NCBI RefSeq assembly: GCF_018977255.1
Contig: NW_024704743.1
Location: 69,194,001-69,258,000 of the forward strand
Length of the DNA: 64,000 nucleotides
Origin: Callorhinchus milii
Taxonomy: Eukaryota
Direction: 5' to 3'
Shown here: piece by piece, positions 52,201 through 61,645 of the stretch
How the letters are laid out: each line of letters opens with the position of its first letter
How positions within the stretch are numbered: the first letter of the stretch is position 1
The notes under the pieces: model-generated
Seen by the model: only the letters and a program-made list of their open reading frames with translations
Told to the model about the DNA's origin: nothing
The model's database searches: none
Program-made: the position numbers and the translations under genes

Positions 52201-55200
52201 TTTTGAGGCGTCTCGAAGATGTGATAAGGAGCTATATCGAATACAATGATTATTATTAATCTCCATTCGTGTTGAATACAGTAGATGACAATGTGACACT
52301 AAAAGAGTTAGGCACTAGTCCTTTTTGACACGACAATAACTTGCATTTATATAGTACCCTTCTTGCAGGGTAGAGTCACAGTGTGCTTTACAGTGCCGGA
52401 GCTGACAAAAAAGCCAACTATCCGACAATATGAATTTTCCAATCTATATATATGAAAATAAATATTATTGTATTGCCCTGTCAATATTACAAGTAGACTA
52501 CCCTTTGTGGAAAGCACTCTCGGATGGGAGAACGGAAAGTCATTATGTGCATTTCATTCTAGGTGCCTATAAAAAAAAAGGATGGGTAATGAACCTTAGC
52601 AAGGTCTAAGGGAAAACAGTTAGCAATAATTGAATGACAGTAAATTCCCTGTGGAGTCATCAGTATTATATCAAATACCTTTTCAGTTCAACTTATTTTG
52701 GAGGAAAATCAATTTTACAAATGTTGTAGTGATAAACCCTGGTATCCGGGGAGTGCTGGCGGAATAAGCTTAAGGCACGGCTTCATTAAAGATTTCATCT
52801 CAGCCTGGCTGCTTGCTTATTTTCAGTGATATTTCCTCACCCCCAGCTCTCTCACATATCACAGTTCCCTTTCCATTTTCGAAAGTGCAATACTGCATTC
52901 AAGAGAAGCAGTTATTTCACATTCTGTGTTCGCCTACAAAATACAATTACTACATTACGCACTAAGTCCTGGAAGTGCTTTGAGACATCTTCCTGATGTG
53001 AAAAGCACTATAAGAAATCAAAGGCTGCATTCCACAGCTGTATTCAGAGAGAAGCAGTTATTCTACATTCAGTGTTATGGCTACTTCCTGTCTTAGGTGC
53101 CTGTTTAATAATAATCCTTATATTTGAAATAGCATTTTATCATGTCATCAGAACATCTCAAAATGGTTCAAAAGATTTACTGTAAAGTAATAGTGTACTT
53201 TGTAAACTAATGGATCAGCGAATTTATGCACTGCAATGACAATGACAACAGCAACAGATAGCACCCTTCACACTGGATGGCATCTCAGAGTTCTTCATGT
53301 ATAGCCATGAAGCGAATGATCAATTTTATTGGGGGGGGTTGTGGGCGGGGGATTGATGGGCAGAATATTGGGAGAAACTATCTTCTCTTTTTCTCCCCAA
53401 TAGTGCCATTGGATCTGTTCACCCTCTGTTTAGAGCACTCGCCTCGCAAGCGAGAGACATGGGTTCGATTCCTGGCAGGCAAAACCTTGGGCAAGTTTCC
53501 TTACTCCACACGCCTGTTAATAATCCCTCAAAAAAAACAATAATAAATTGGTCACTTCAATCCACGACTGTTTGTGGGACACTGCTTTGTGCAACTGGCT
53601 GCTGCGTTTCGTCCACAAATATAGTCAATTCAGTTTACAGTCTATTTTGTGAAGCGCTTTGAGACGTCTCGAAGACGTGAAATGTGCTATATCAAATGCA
53701 AAGATTATTATTATATAGTACTGAAACTCAGTGCCATCATCTGAGCCCAGTGGGTGGAAATGTGGATTAGTATCCCAAGGTGTCACTTTGCTAGATTGTA
53801 ACTTGTTTGATTGCTGAGTGACAAGTTCCCAGATCAGGCTCCACTGGTATCAGAGTCAGAAAACTGGAAACTGTATGGCTTACTCCAGTCAGAGAGTCTC
53901 TGGTGGAAATGACATCAATAATAGATCTGAAGGGAGCTGTCACACAGACTTCTTCTGCAACGGTGGTGTTATCCATCTATAAAGCAACATTAAAGACTTG
54001 AAAATACTAAGGGGTTTGATACACTGCCCTGGGATTCCAGTCTATCCTTATGTGATTAAGACTAATCCTCAAGTCCAGAGGCTTATAGCAGACAACGACA
54101 ACTTTAAGAGAAAGCGAAGGGCACCTGTTCAACGACAGCGTTCACATCACCAAGTAAGGCTGCAGCAGGTTTCACATTATTTCCTAGTTCTTCAGCACAA
54201 AGATCAACCTTGCACGTTAAAAAAAGAATATATAGATTAATTTCTAGCCATCAAAGCCATCAATATATAATAAACTGTTAGTGAGAGCACAGACTTAAAA
54301 TCAAATTGTTTTCTGGAAATCAGATTCCCCAAATTACACGTTTGCAGTAAATCTGGATTCCACCCCCCCCCACCACCCCCACCCATTAACTTTTATGCTG
54401 ACACATTTTAATGCAAAGTTGAAACACAAACTTTCAAATGTCATTTCTTAAATCCATACTTGTACAGATGATCAGATGAAATTCTTACTCATTGCCTGAC
54501 CCACTGTACAGAAATTCTATGTTACTTTCCAGCATTTGGGGGGAGGTATAGAATTACACAGATTCTATTTGCCCACGCATCTGATTATACTCCATCTGTC
54601 CTAATCCCCGTTGCCAATGATGTTATTACACACATTATAAGAGTGACCAGTGAAATCTGCATCAGTAAAATACATTCACAATGTATGGGCATTGGGAACA
54701 GACAATAATAATTTGTTCTTTGTTTTCTTTTCATTCTTCTGGAGACAGAACAAAAGGTATAATAAAATTAAACACCAGCATGTTTCACAATCTTGTAAAA
54801 CAAGTAAATCCATCCGCAAATATAATTGTAAAGAATCTATGTGTCAGATGCAGAACAAGGGAGAGACAATTTATATGTTTCTTATGCTTTGAATTTATTT
54901 TGTAGCATTTAAAATATACCTTAGTGGTACTAGCTGGACAACTAAGGGGAAGTTTGCCAACGTCAATAATAATAAGCCTTGCATTTGATATAGTGCCTTA
55001 TCACATCTTCGAGACGTCTCAAAGCACAACTGTACGTTCACACTGTACTAGCTGGCTAAACACCAGCAGTACCTCAATGCACACTCTGGGGTCATAGAAC
55101 CATAGAGATTTACAGTACAGAAGAAGGCCATTCGGCAAATCGTGTCTGTGCTGGCTCTTTTAAAGAGCAATCCTTCCAGTCGTATTTACCTGCCCTTTCC

Positions 55201-58200
55201 CCATACCCCTGTAATTTACTCCTTTTTAGATATTTGTCTTATTTCCGTTTGAAAGCTTATATGGATTCTGCCTCACTCATCACTTCTAGAGGGCATTCCA
55301 TTGTATCTACAAAACTCAAAATACTGGAAATCTGAAACAAAAACAGAAGTCGCTGGGAAAACTCAGCAGGTCAGACAGCAACTACGGAGAAGGGAAAGTG
55401 AGTCAACGTGTCTTTGATCATCTTTTCTACCCCCGGCTCCAGTGCAAATTCTGGCTAATCTAGCACCTTGGAACGTCCTCCCGACATGAAAGGCGCTATA
55501 TAAATGTAAATTTGTATTGTTAAGGTAATAATAATAATAATAATAATCCTTGCATTTGATATAGCGCTTTTCACGTCGGGAGGACGTCCCAAAGCGCTTT
55601 ACAGAATAGACTGTAAAGTGAATTGACTGTATATTTGTGGGCGAACGCGGCAGCCAATTGCGCACAGCAATGTCCCACAAACAGTCGTAGATTGAAAATG
55701 ACCAATTTATTATTGTTTTATTTTGGAGGGATTATTATTAGGCTCTGTGTGGAGTAAGGAAACTTGCCCAAGGTTTCGCCCTGCCTGGAATTGAACTCAG
55801 GTCTCTCACTTGCAAAGCGAGTGCTCTAACCACTGAGCTACAGGACTCCACATCAGTACTACATCAAACGCAAGGATTATTATTATAAAATTGTTAAAGC
55901 GATGTTATGAGGAGAAAAAGATGGTGACCACGTTTTGCAATTACTACAATATGACTTTGTTTCACAGGAATAAAAAATAAACCAGTTATTCAGTACTTTC
56001 TCATACACAAGAATGATTTCAGTGACCTCACAGTCCTGACAAATATCCCAATAAAATAGTTTCCTCTTGTAACTAAAGGGCCATACAATAATTCATGATT
56101 GATTAATAAACTCTGTAATAGGCACGAGTTGTCATGGAAACAAAGCTAAACTCTAATATAGACACCAAATAAAAGCTTGAACCAATGAATGCAATTCATT
56201 TTACAACTGAGTGTAAGAGGACCACAAATATAGTCCAGAGGGAGTACTTATTCCTCCATTTATTCCCACATGAAATTGAGGAATGCCGTTCAAAACAAAT
56301 ATTTCTCTAGAAATACAAATTCTCACTTTAATTTCGTACCTGTGAGAATTCAAACGTTCTAGGGACAGGAAAAGTCACTTAGTTCAGCAGATCCAGAGAG
56401 AGATTGAAAATATACAGTCAATTCACCACAAATGCAAGGATTATTATTATTATTATTATTTGCTTTTCTTGATTTGGAGGCCGAGTAATGTATAACAAGT
56501 GCAAAAACAGGGCAGGCTCTGTACCTGCACAATAACAGGCACTCCTTATCTGTACAATGGTCAAGAGCTCTGTACATGTACAATGGCCAAGCATATGATC
56601 TATACCTGTATGATCTGCACATCAGGGTGAAACCGTGGTGTCATTCCAAAATGCAACATCCAGTTTAATCTGGCTCCAAGTAGTAGAATCACATCAGCAT
56701 ACAGTAAGGCTCTAAGAGAAAGCAGATGACATCAGCAATGTTTTCAGGGGAGGAGCAGAGAAAATGTTGACATTGAGAGATCATTTCATCAATTGAGAAT
56801 TTTTCAAATTTTTATTTCAACAGTGATTGCTGATGATATCATCAGGAGATTGATCTGAGCAGCGACTGAGCCCAATGATATGTGAATTAACCTAATGCAC
56901 ACCGTTTCTCAAATAACTGAAACTGAATTATGCTTGGTTAAAAATTACGTCGGTTGATTTTATTCCGGCTCCCTTACAAGGTCTGAATCGTTGTCTCCCA
57001 AACCAGTCTCCACATTAATGTCAACAGCACTCACATTCAATATTAAAATAAATGGATTTCCTCTCTTCTTCCCACAGTCGCTCAAGATCATTGCAATTCT
57101 CGAGCTAAAAAAGGGCCCTGCCTCCCTTCTCATGAGGTTTCAAGTTCATAAATGCACCACAGTGCATTCAATCACTGAATCCAACACACCGGTGGGGTCA
57201 GAATTACACAACACTTGGTATGAGCTGAGTTGGCCAATATAATTTGGGGCAATGATGCGGATATCAGGCCCCAACAACCTCCGGCTGGAACAGTAATCAA
57301 AAACATTCAGTCAGTGTCCTGCTCCACTATTCAACAACCCTCTCTCTAATAATAATAATAATCCTTGACTTTGATATAGAGCCTTAACACGTCTTCAAGT
57401 GCTTCACAGAATATACCGCAAAGTGAATTGACTGTATATTTTGTGGATGAAACACAGTAGCCAATTGTGGATTGAAGTGACTAATTTTTTTTTTGAAGGA
57501 ATCATTACCCCCAGAAAAGCGATCCATCAATCAACAACAGGGTTCCTACTTACTGCTAGGTAAACAGAGGCGTGTGGAGTAAGGAAAATAATCAACATTT
57601 CGCCCTGCCAGGAATCGAACCCAGATCTCTTGCCTAAGAGGCGAGTGCTCTAACCATACAGTGTGTATGTGTGTGTTGTACAGTGGATTCCCTGTTACAG
57701 CCTAAATTCAACCTGAACTATAACAGGGCACATTTGCCACTTAATGCTTCTACTTCACTGCATGTGCAGGATTAAAGACAAAATCCCGGTCGGCAAGTGG
57801 GAACCAAAATGGCTGGCTTACGAGTCATCGGATCACTGCTGTTGCACCTGTGTACAGGAAATGAGATCAGTGCCAACATGGCAACCCAGAGGTTGGCCAT
57901 TTTGGCTTCCGTACACCAACGAAGTTCCGATGGAGCTCGTGCACACATTTTCGAATGTGACTTTCAAATTTTAAAAATAAATTAGAAAAAAACTAGAAAT
58001 CTATAATCCGTAGACTCCCACTTCCCAAGTCGTGTCTTGTGAGATAAATCATTGTGACGATATTACTTTTAATTTCTCTCATACAAGAATCACTCTCATC
58101 ACGAAAGTAAAGCCAGCTTTTTTGATGGGAATACTCAGGATTGTCGGAATATTTGCTTATTCATGGATTTCTTCCATGTACCTTCTCATCGAAACAAAAA

Positions 58201-59409
58201 TCCCTGCAACTTTATAGCAAATTAAAAATGCAACTTTATCAAAAATTGCTATTCCTGATTGTAAATCAGCGACCTCTGGTGGATTGTGTACATATACATA
58301 TATGAACATAGGGTTAGGACTGGCTCCTTTCCCAATACTGTGTTTTGCTTACATTAAGACATTAAGAATCATATTTATGTAGCTGACACCAGACAAGCCC
58401 CACCTCAGCCCTTCGGTCAAACCGTATTTTAGCGCAAATCAACAGAAGAGAACATTTTTGGGGTGAGAAAGAAAGCACGTATACTCCTGAACTTGTATAA
58501 TCGAAAACCATGCAAACCACTCCATGTCAGAGTCCATCCTCTGAAGAGTTATTACTGACCTGTCAGACCTCTCTCTGCGAGATTATGATTAAAGCGGTAC
58601 AGAGTAGATAGCACTTAAGATAGACCTTTAACTTTATGCCAAGAACCACAAGAGCTTTTATAGCTAAAACTCAATAATTGTATCAATTCAAGTAACTCTA
58701 AGCAGAAGGCCAGCAATGAAGCTCTGAACCACTTGGCCTGTCTGTGGAACAGTCTCTCAAACAGGCTGGTTACCGAGAATTATAAACCTTGTGCAAATAC
58801 ATCAACATGCAAAATCTCTTATCCCTTGGGCTTTTTGCAAATCTTCACTAATTTATGTGTGCCCCCAGCAACTATTTGCTAGTAATAACCCTTGCATTTG
58901 ATATGGCGCTTTATCGAGTCATTGAGATGTGTCACAGTGCGCTTGACCGGATACACTGCAAAGAGGTGCCCGTGTTTTTATGGGTGAAAGGGGTAGCCAA
59001 TATACATTTTGCTGGGGTGGGGAGGAGTTCTGCCTGAGTTGACTATCTTCTTACCATTAATATACTTAAAAAAAACTTTTAGTCTTCATTCTTGTTATGT
59101 TATGTCTCTAAACCTCCTCATCATATAAAAAAAATTCAACTTTGAATACTTCCCACTACCAATCTGCCACCTTATCTACTAATTGTTCTATCCCCATTCT
59201 ATCTGTGCCAAGTCTTTTATCACTCCCACAGACAAGTAATGTAAATTGCTAAACCTAATTGTTCAGTACTAACCTGGACCGAGCTGCAGACACACAGTTT
59301 GGATGGTTGTCAGGTACCACACCTTTCCCCATTGGAGTGGGCAGAAATGGCAGTCCATACAGATTCACAAGCTTTCCAATACTGTATTCAGCATGAGAAT
59401 ATGCTGCAC
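37255..59409 (-). CDS. HACL1: HACL1, 2-hydroxyacyl-CoA lyase 1 (peroxisomal ThDP enzyme); 3' part, 9 exons corresponding to human exons 9-17
   Basis: Exons of 136/106/84/102/155/159/108/187/33 nt, all AG..GT bounded, join in frame. The product includes [39 protein letters not shown] and the ThDP motif GDSAFG...NNNG, and ends [10 protein letters not shown]. Matches human HACL1 as recalled; exon numbering is from memory. Confidence 0.97.
37792..37978 (-). CDS. HACL1: HACL1 exon 16 (187 nt)
   Basis: ttctttcag|GGCCCCA...ACACAA|gtaagc; [62 protein letters not shown]. Confidence 0.97.
38365..39013 (+). mobile_element. Young L2 LINE 3' end in HACL1 intron 15
   Basis: Near-identical by eye to 22765-23456; [14 protein letters not shown]...[15 protein letters not shown]. 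Confidence 0.95.
39575..40176 (-). mobile_element. Truncated copy of the same RTEX-like family (3'UTR)
   Basis: TTTGGTCAACTGGATGTCTGACAC...CCCATCACCGTGCTTAAGAGTATC matches 16591-16650. Confidence 0.7.
43289..44660 (-). mobile_element. CR1 LINE, about 1.37 kb 3' portion with RT domain (frameshifted), in HACL1 intron 15
   Basis: [44 protein letters not shown]; same family as the copy at 120-927. Confidence 0.95.
45234..45341 (-). CDS. HACL1: HACL1 exon 15 (108 nt)
   Basis: ttattttag|GTACAAT...CATTGT|gtaagt; [36 protein letters not shown]. Confidence 0.95.
46654..46812 (-). CDS. HACL1: HACL1 exon 14 (159 nt)
   Basis: tcttgcag|ATTGGAT...ATGTAG|gtaatg; [53 protein letters not shown]. Confidence 0.97.
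   Translation of the reverse strand: MGCWYLWHDGCRTGLCHSCSNDCQGSLATAAGYLCGRGQCFWFFWYGSGNHM
47543..47697 (-). CDS. HACL1: HACL1 exon 13 (155 nt)
   Basis: attaccag|GCCCTA...CCACAG|gtaatt; [52 protein letters not shown]. Confidence 0.97.
49683..49784 (-). CDS. HACL1: HACL1 exon 12 (102 nt)
   Basis: gacttttag|TTATTG...TCCAAG|gtaaat; [34 protein letters not shown]. Confidence 0.94.
50412..50438. repeat. (GA)n microsatellite
   Basis: Seen directly in the sequence. Confidence 0.95.
53430..53713 (+). mobile_element. Same SINE family
   Basis: TTAGAGCACTCGCCTCGCAAGCGAGAGACATGGGTTCGATTCC head through the (TTA)n tail. Confidence 0.9.
54125..54208 (-). CDS. HACL1: HACL1 exon 11 (84 nt)
   Basis: gtgcaag|GTTGAT...GAACAG|gtgccc; [28 protein letters not shown]. 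Confidence 0.95.
55527..55850 (-). mobile_element. Full-length young tRNA-derived DeuSINE
   Basis: Head GGAGTCCTGTAGCTCAGTGGTTAGAGC; nearly identical to the copy at 18400-18690; (TTA)7 tail. Confidence 0.9.
56606..56711 (-). CDS. HACL1: HACL1 exon 10 (106 nt)
   Basis: ctttctcttag|AGCC...ATACAG|gtatag; [35 protein letters not shown]. Confidence 0.96.
57347..57655 (-). mobile_element. Same SINE family; further partial copies at about 24317-24480, 34077-34250, 46077-46260 and 52085-52258
   Basis: Shared tail, core and head motifs. Confidence 0.85.
59274..59409 (-). CDS. HACL1: HACL1 exon 9 (136 nt)
   Basis: atttaag|GTGCAGCA...CGGTCCAG|gttagt; [46 protein letters not shown]. Confidence 0.96.
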
Positions 59410-59567
59410 CTTAAATAAATTAAAATAGTATATCTATAATGTCATAATTGCACACTTATACAACACTGTCTGTAAGTTTGCCATCAATGAGCTAATTCAG
59501 GGCCTTTCGACTATTTAAGCAAAAACATTTTTTAGAGCACATTGGAGAATTTTAATGTCAGAGTCGT

Positions 59568-59941
59568 AATAATAATAATCCTTGCATTTGATATTGTGCC
59601 TTATCCTGTCTTCTAGACATCTCAAAGCGCTTCACAAAATATACTGTGAAGTGAATTAACTGTATATTTGTGGGAAATACATGGCAGCCAATTGCGCACA
59701 GCAGTGTCTCACAAATAGTTGTGGATTGAGTGACCACATTTTTTTTCTTTCTTTTTTGAGGAATTATTATTCCCGGAAAAGTGATCCACCAATCGATCAA
59801 TAACCGGGTTCCTACTTGCTGCTAGGTAAACGGAGCCATGTGGAGTAAGGAAACTTGCCCAACATTTCACCCTGCCGGGAATCGAACCTAGGTCTCTTGC
59901 TTGCGAGGCGAGCGCTCTAACCACTGAGCTACAGGACTCCA
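59568..59941 (-). mobile_element. Full-length tRNA(Ala-like)-derived DeuSINE
   Basis: Head with A box TAGCTCAGTGG and B box GGTTCGATTCC, Deu-like core GCTGTGCGCAATTGGCTGCC, L2-like tail and (TTA)n end. Confidence 0.9.
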
Positions 59942-61645
59942 CAATATGGTTAAGAAATAATACAAATTACTTCAAGTCAGACCTCAATTGATAGAAGATT
60001 AAGTCCTAATTCTTGGGTAGCTAGCTTTACATTGATATTTTATAACATGGCTCTCAGTATATAAAAAATAGAACAGAAGAAATCTGCACAGGTTTCCGTT
60101 CCCGGCTTCTCAGGATATTGAGTGAGTTGCCAAAGGCCAGAGAAAGATTTTTCAGGTAGCTCAGCTAACAGGCAATCAAAGTCATCTATTTCCCAGCCGA
60201 CATCACATTGCATCTGTGATGTACTGCCTTTAGATATGGGCACTTCCAGAATTTCCTTCTTTGAACTTGTATTAACAATACTACAAAGTTGTGTTAACAC
60301 CAGGACAAAGCTCCTCTATTGAGAAGGCATTGACAAATTAGAGTGAAGATTTGCATTGTGACCCCTTGTCAAATCCGATGTTAAACACTGACAATCTTCC
60401 TTACTCCAAGGGACTTGGGTTCAGAAATCATTATCCTTTTTTGATCTGCAACAGATTAAAACCCCAGCCTCTAGAAGGAAAGGTACAGAGCTCAGCTACA
60501 TTGATCACTTCTTCCAGTCACTCCTATTTTACTGTTTAAATTATTTTAGCCATTTAGCTTATTGCATGGAGACAGTACCTCATAGGTAGACATAACTGAT
60601 GTCATCATCCTTTTATTGGGCATTCATGTGTGCCCGAGTTTAATGAATTACGACACAAGGAACCTTAAGAGCTCACCAACTGGTTTCAAGCCAAAACAGC
60701 CATTGAAATAATGGTGGAAATTTGTGTGTACTATCGATCAATGCAAATCCACAAAATGCACTTAAAACATAAAAAACTGTTTGGGAGCAGGTTGTGTAAA
60801 ACATTTACAAGATAATCACTGCATTTGGAACTTATATTGCAACCATAAATACCATTCTGAAAACGTCAGTAAAATAACCTACTGATAGCCTAAAAGCAGA
60901 ATTTTATCTGAGGTGCATTTTAAACTACATTATTTTGCTTTTCGTATTTACCTGTAATCCATCTGAACTTTCATTATGGAATTAATCTTCCAACATAGAA
61001 ATGTACTGCAGAAAGGGAGCCATTTGTCCCATTGTGTCCATGTCACACTGGAATCCTTGACCACATCCCCTCAAAAATGGACAGTTTGTGAAATTTGAAA
61101 AAAAAATCACTGCTACTGAATTGTAATAGAGTCAATGTCATGGGAACGATAAAATACTTGGCACAAATAGAATGGGGATAGAACAGTTAGTAGATAAGGT
61201 GGCAGATTGGTCGTGGGAAGTATTTAAGGTTGAATTGGCAAAGGTACAGGCAAAACATGTACTGACCAAAAATGAAAAAGGGGTTGAAAAGATGGCCAAA
61301 TTAGGACATTAAGCAAAAACTAAAGAGCAAGAAAGAAGCATATAATGGGAAAATCACATAAAAAGCAATTGGGAAGTTTCATTTGCAAAAAAAAAAAAAT
61401 TTTTTTTTAATATGATGAGGAGGGTTTACATAACAAGAATGGTGGTGGGAACATGAAGACTAAAAATTGTTTTTAAGTATATTAATGGCAAGAGGATAGT
61501 CAAGGAAGGAGTGGGGCCACAGCTGGCTGAGGAGGGTAATGTGGCTGTTGAGCATATTCCAATGGCAGAGATGTTCAATGAGTTGAATTATATGAGGAGC
61601 TAATACAAATGTGGATCATGGAGATGTTTGGGTTTTAGGAAGGAG

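Larger units (their letters stand above)
59039..61503. repeat. Inverted repeat pair (59039-59232 vs 61137-61236 plus 61395-61503), CR1-derived
   Basis: AATCTGCCACCTTATCTACTAA..CCCCATTCTA vs TAGAATGGGG..TTAGTAGATAAGGTGGCAGATT, and CCATTAATATACTTAAAA vs TTTTAAGTATATTAATGG. Confidence 0.92.

Noticed and set aside
52894..53085. 45-bp direct repeat around a SINE tail fragment
   Set aside because: Short and diverged; no function or mechanism can be supported.
59870..59941. tRNA-Ala gene
   Set aside because: It runs directly into a SINE body and tail, the acceptor stem is incomplete and there is no adjacent T-run terminator.
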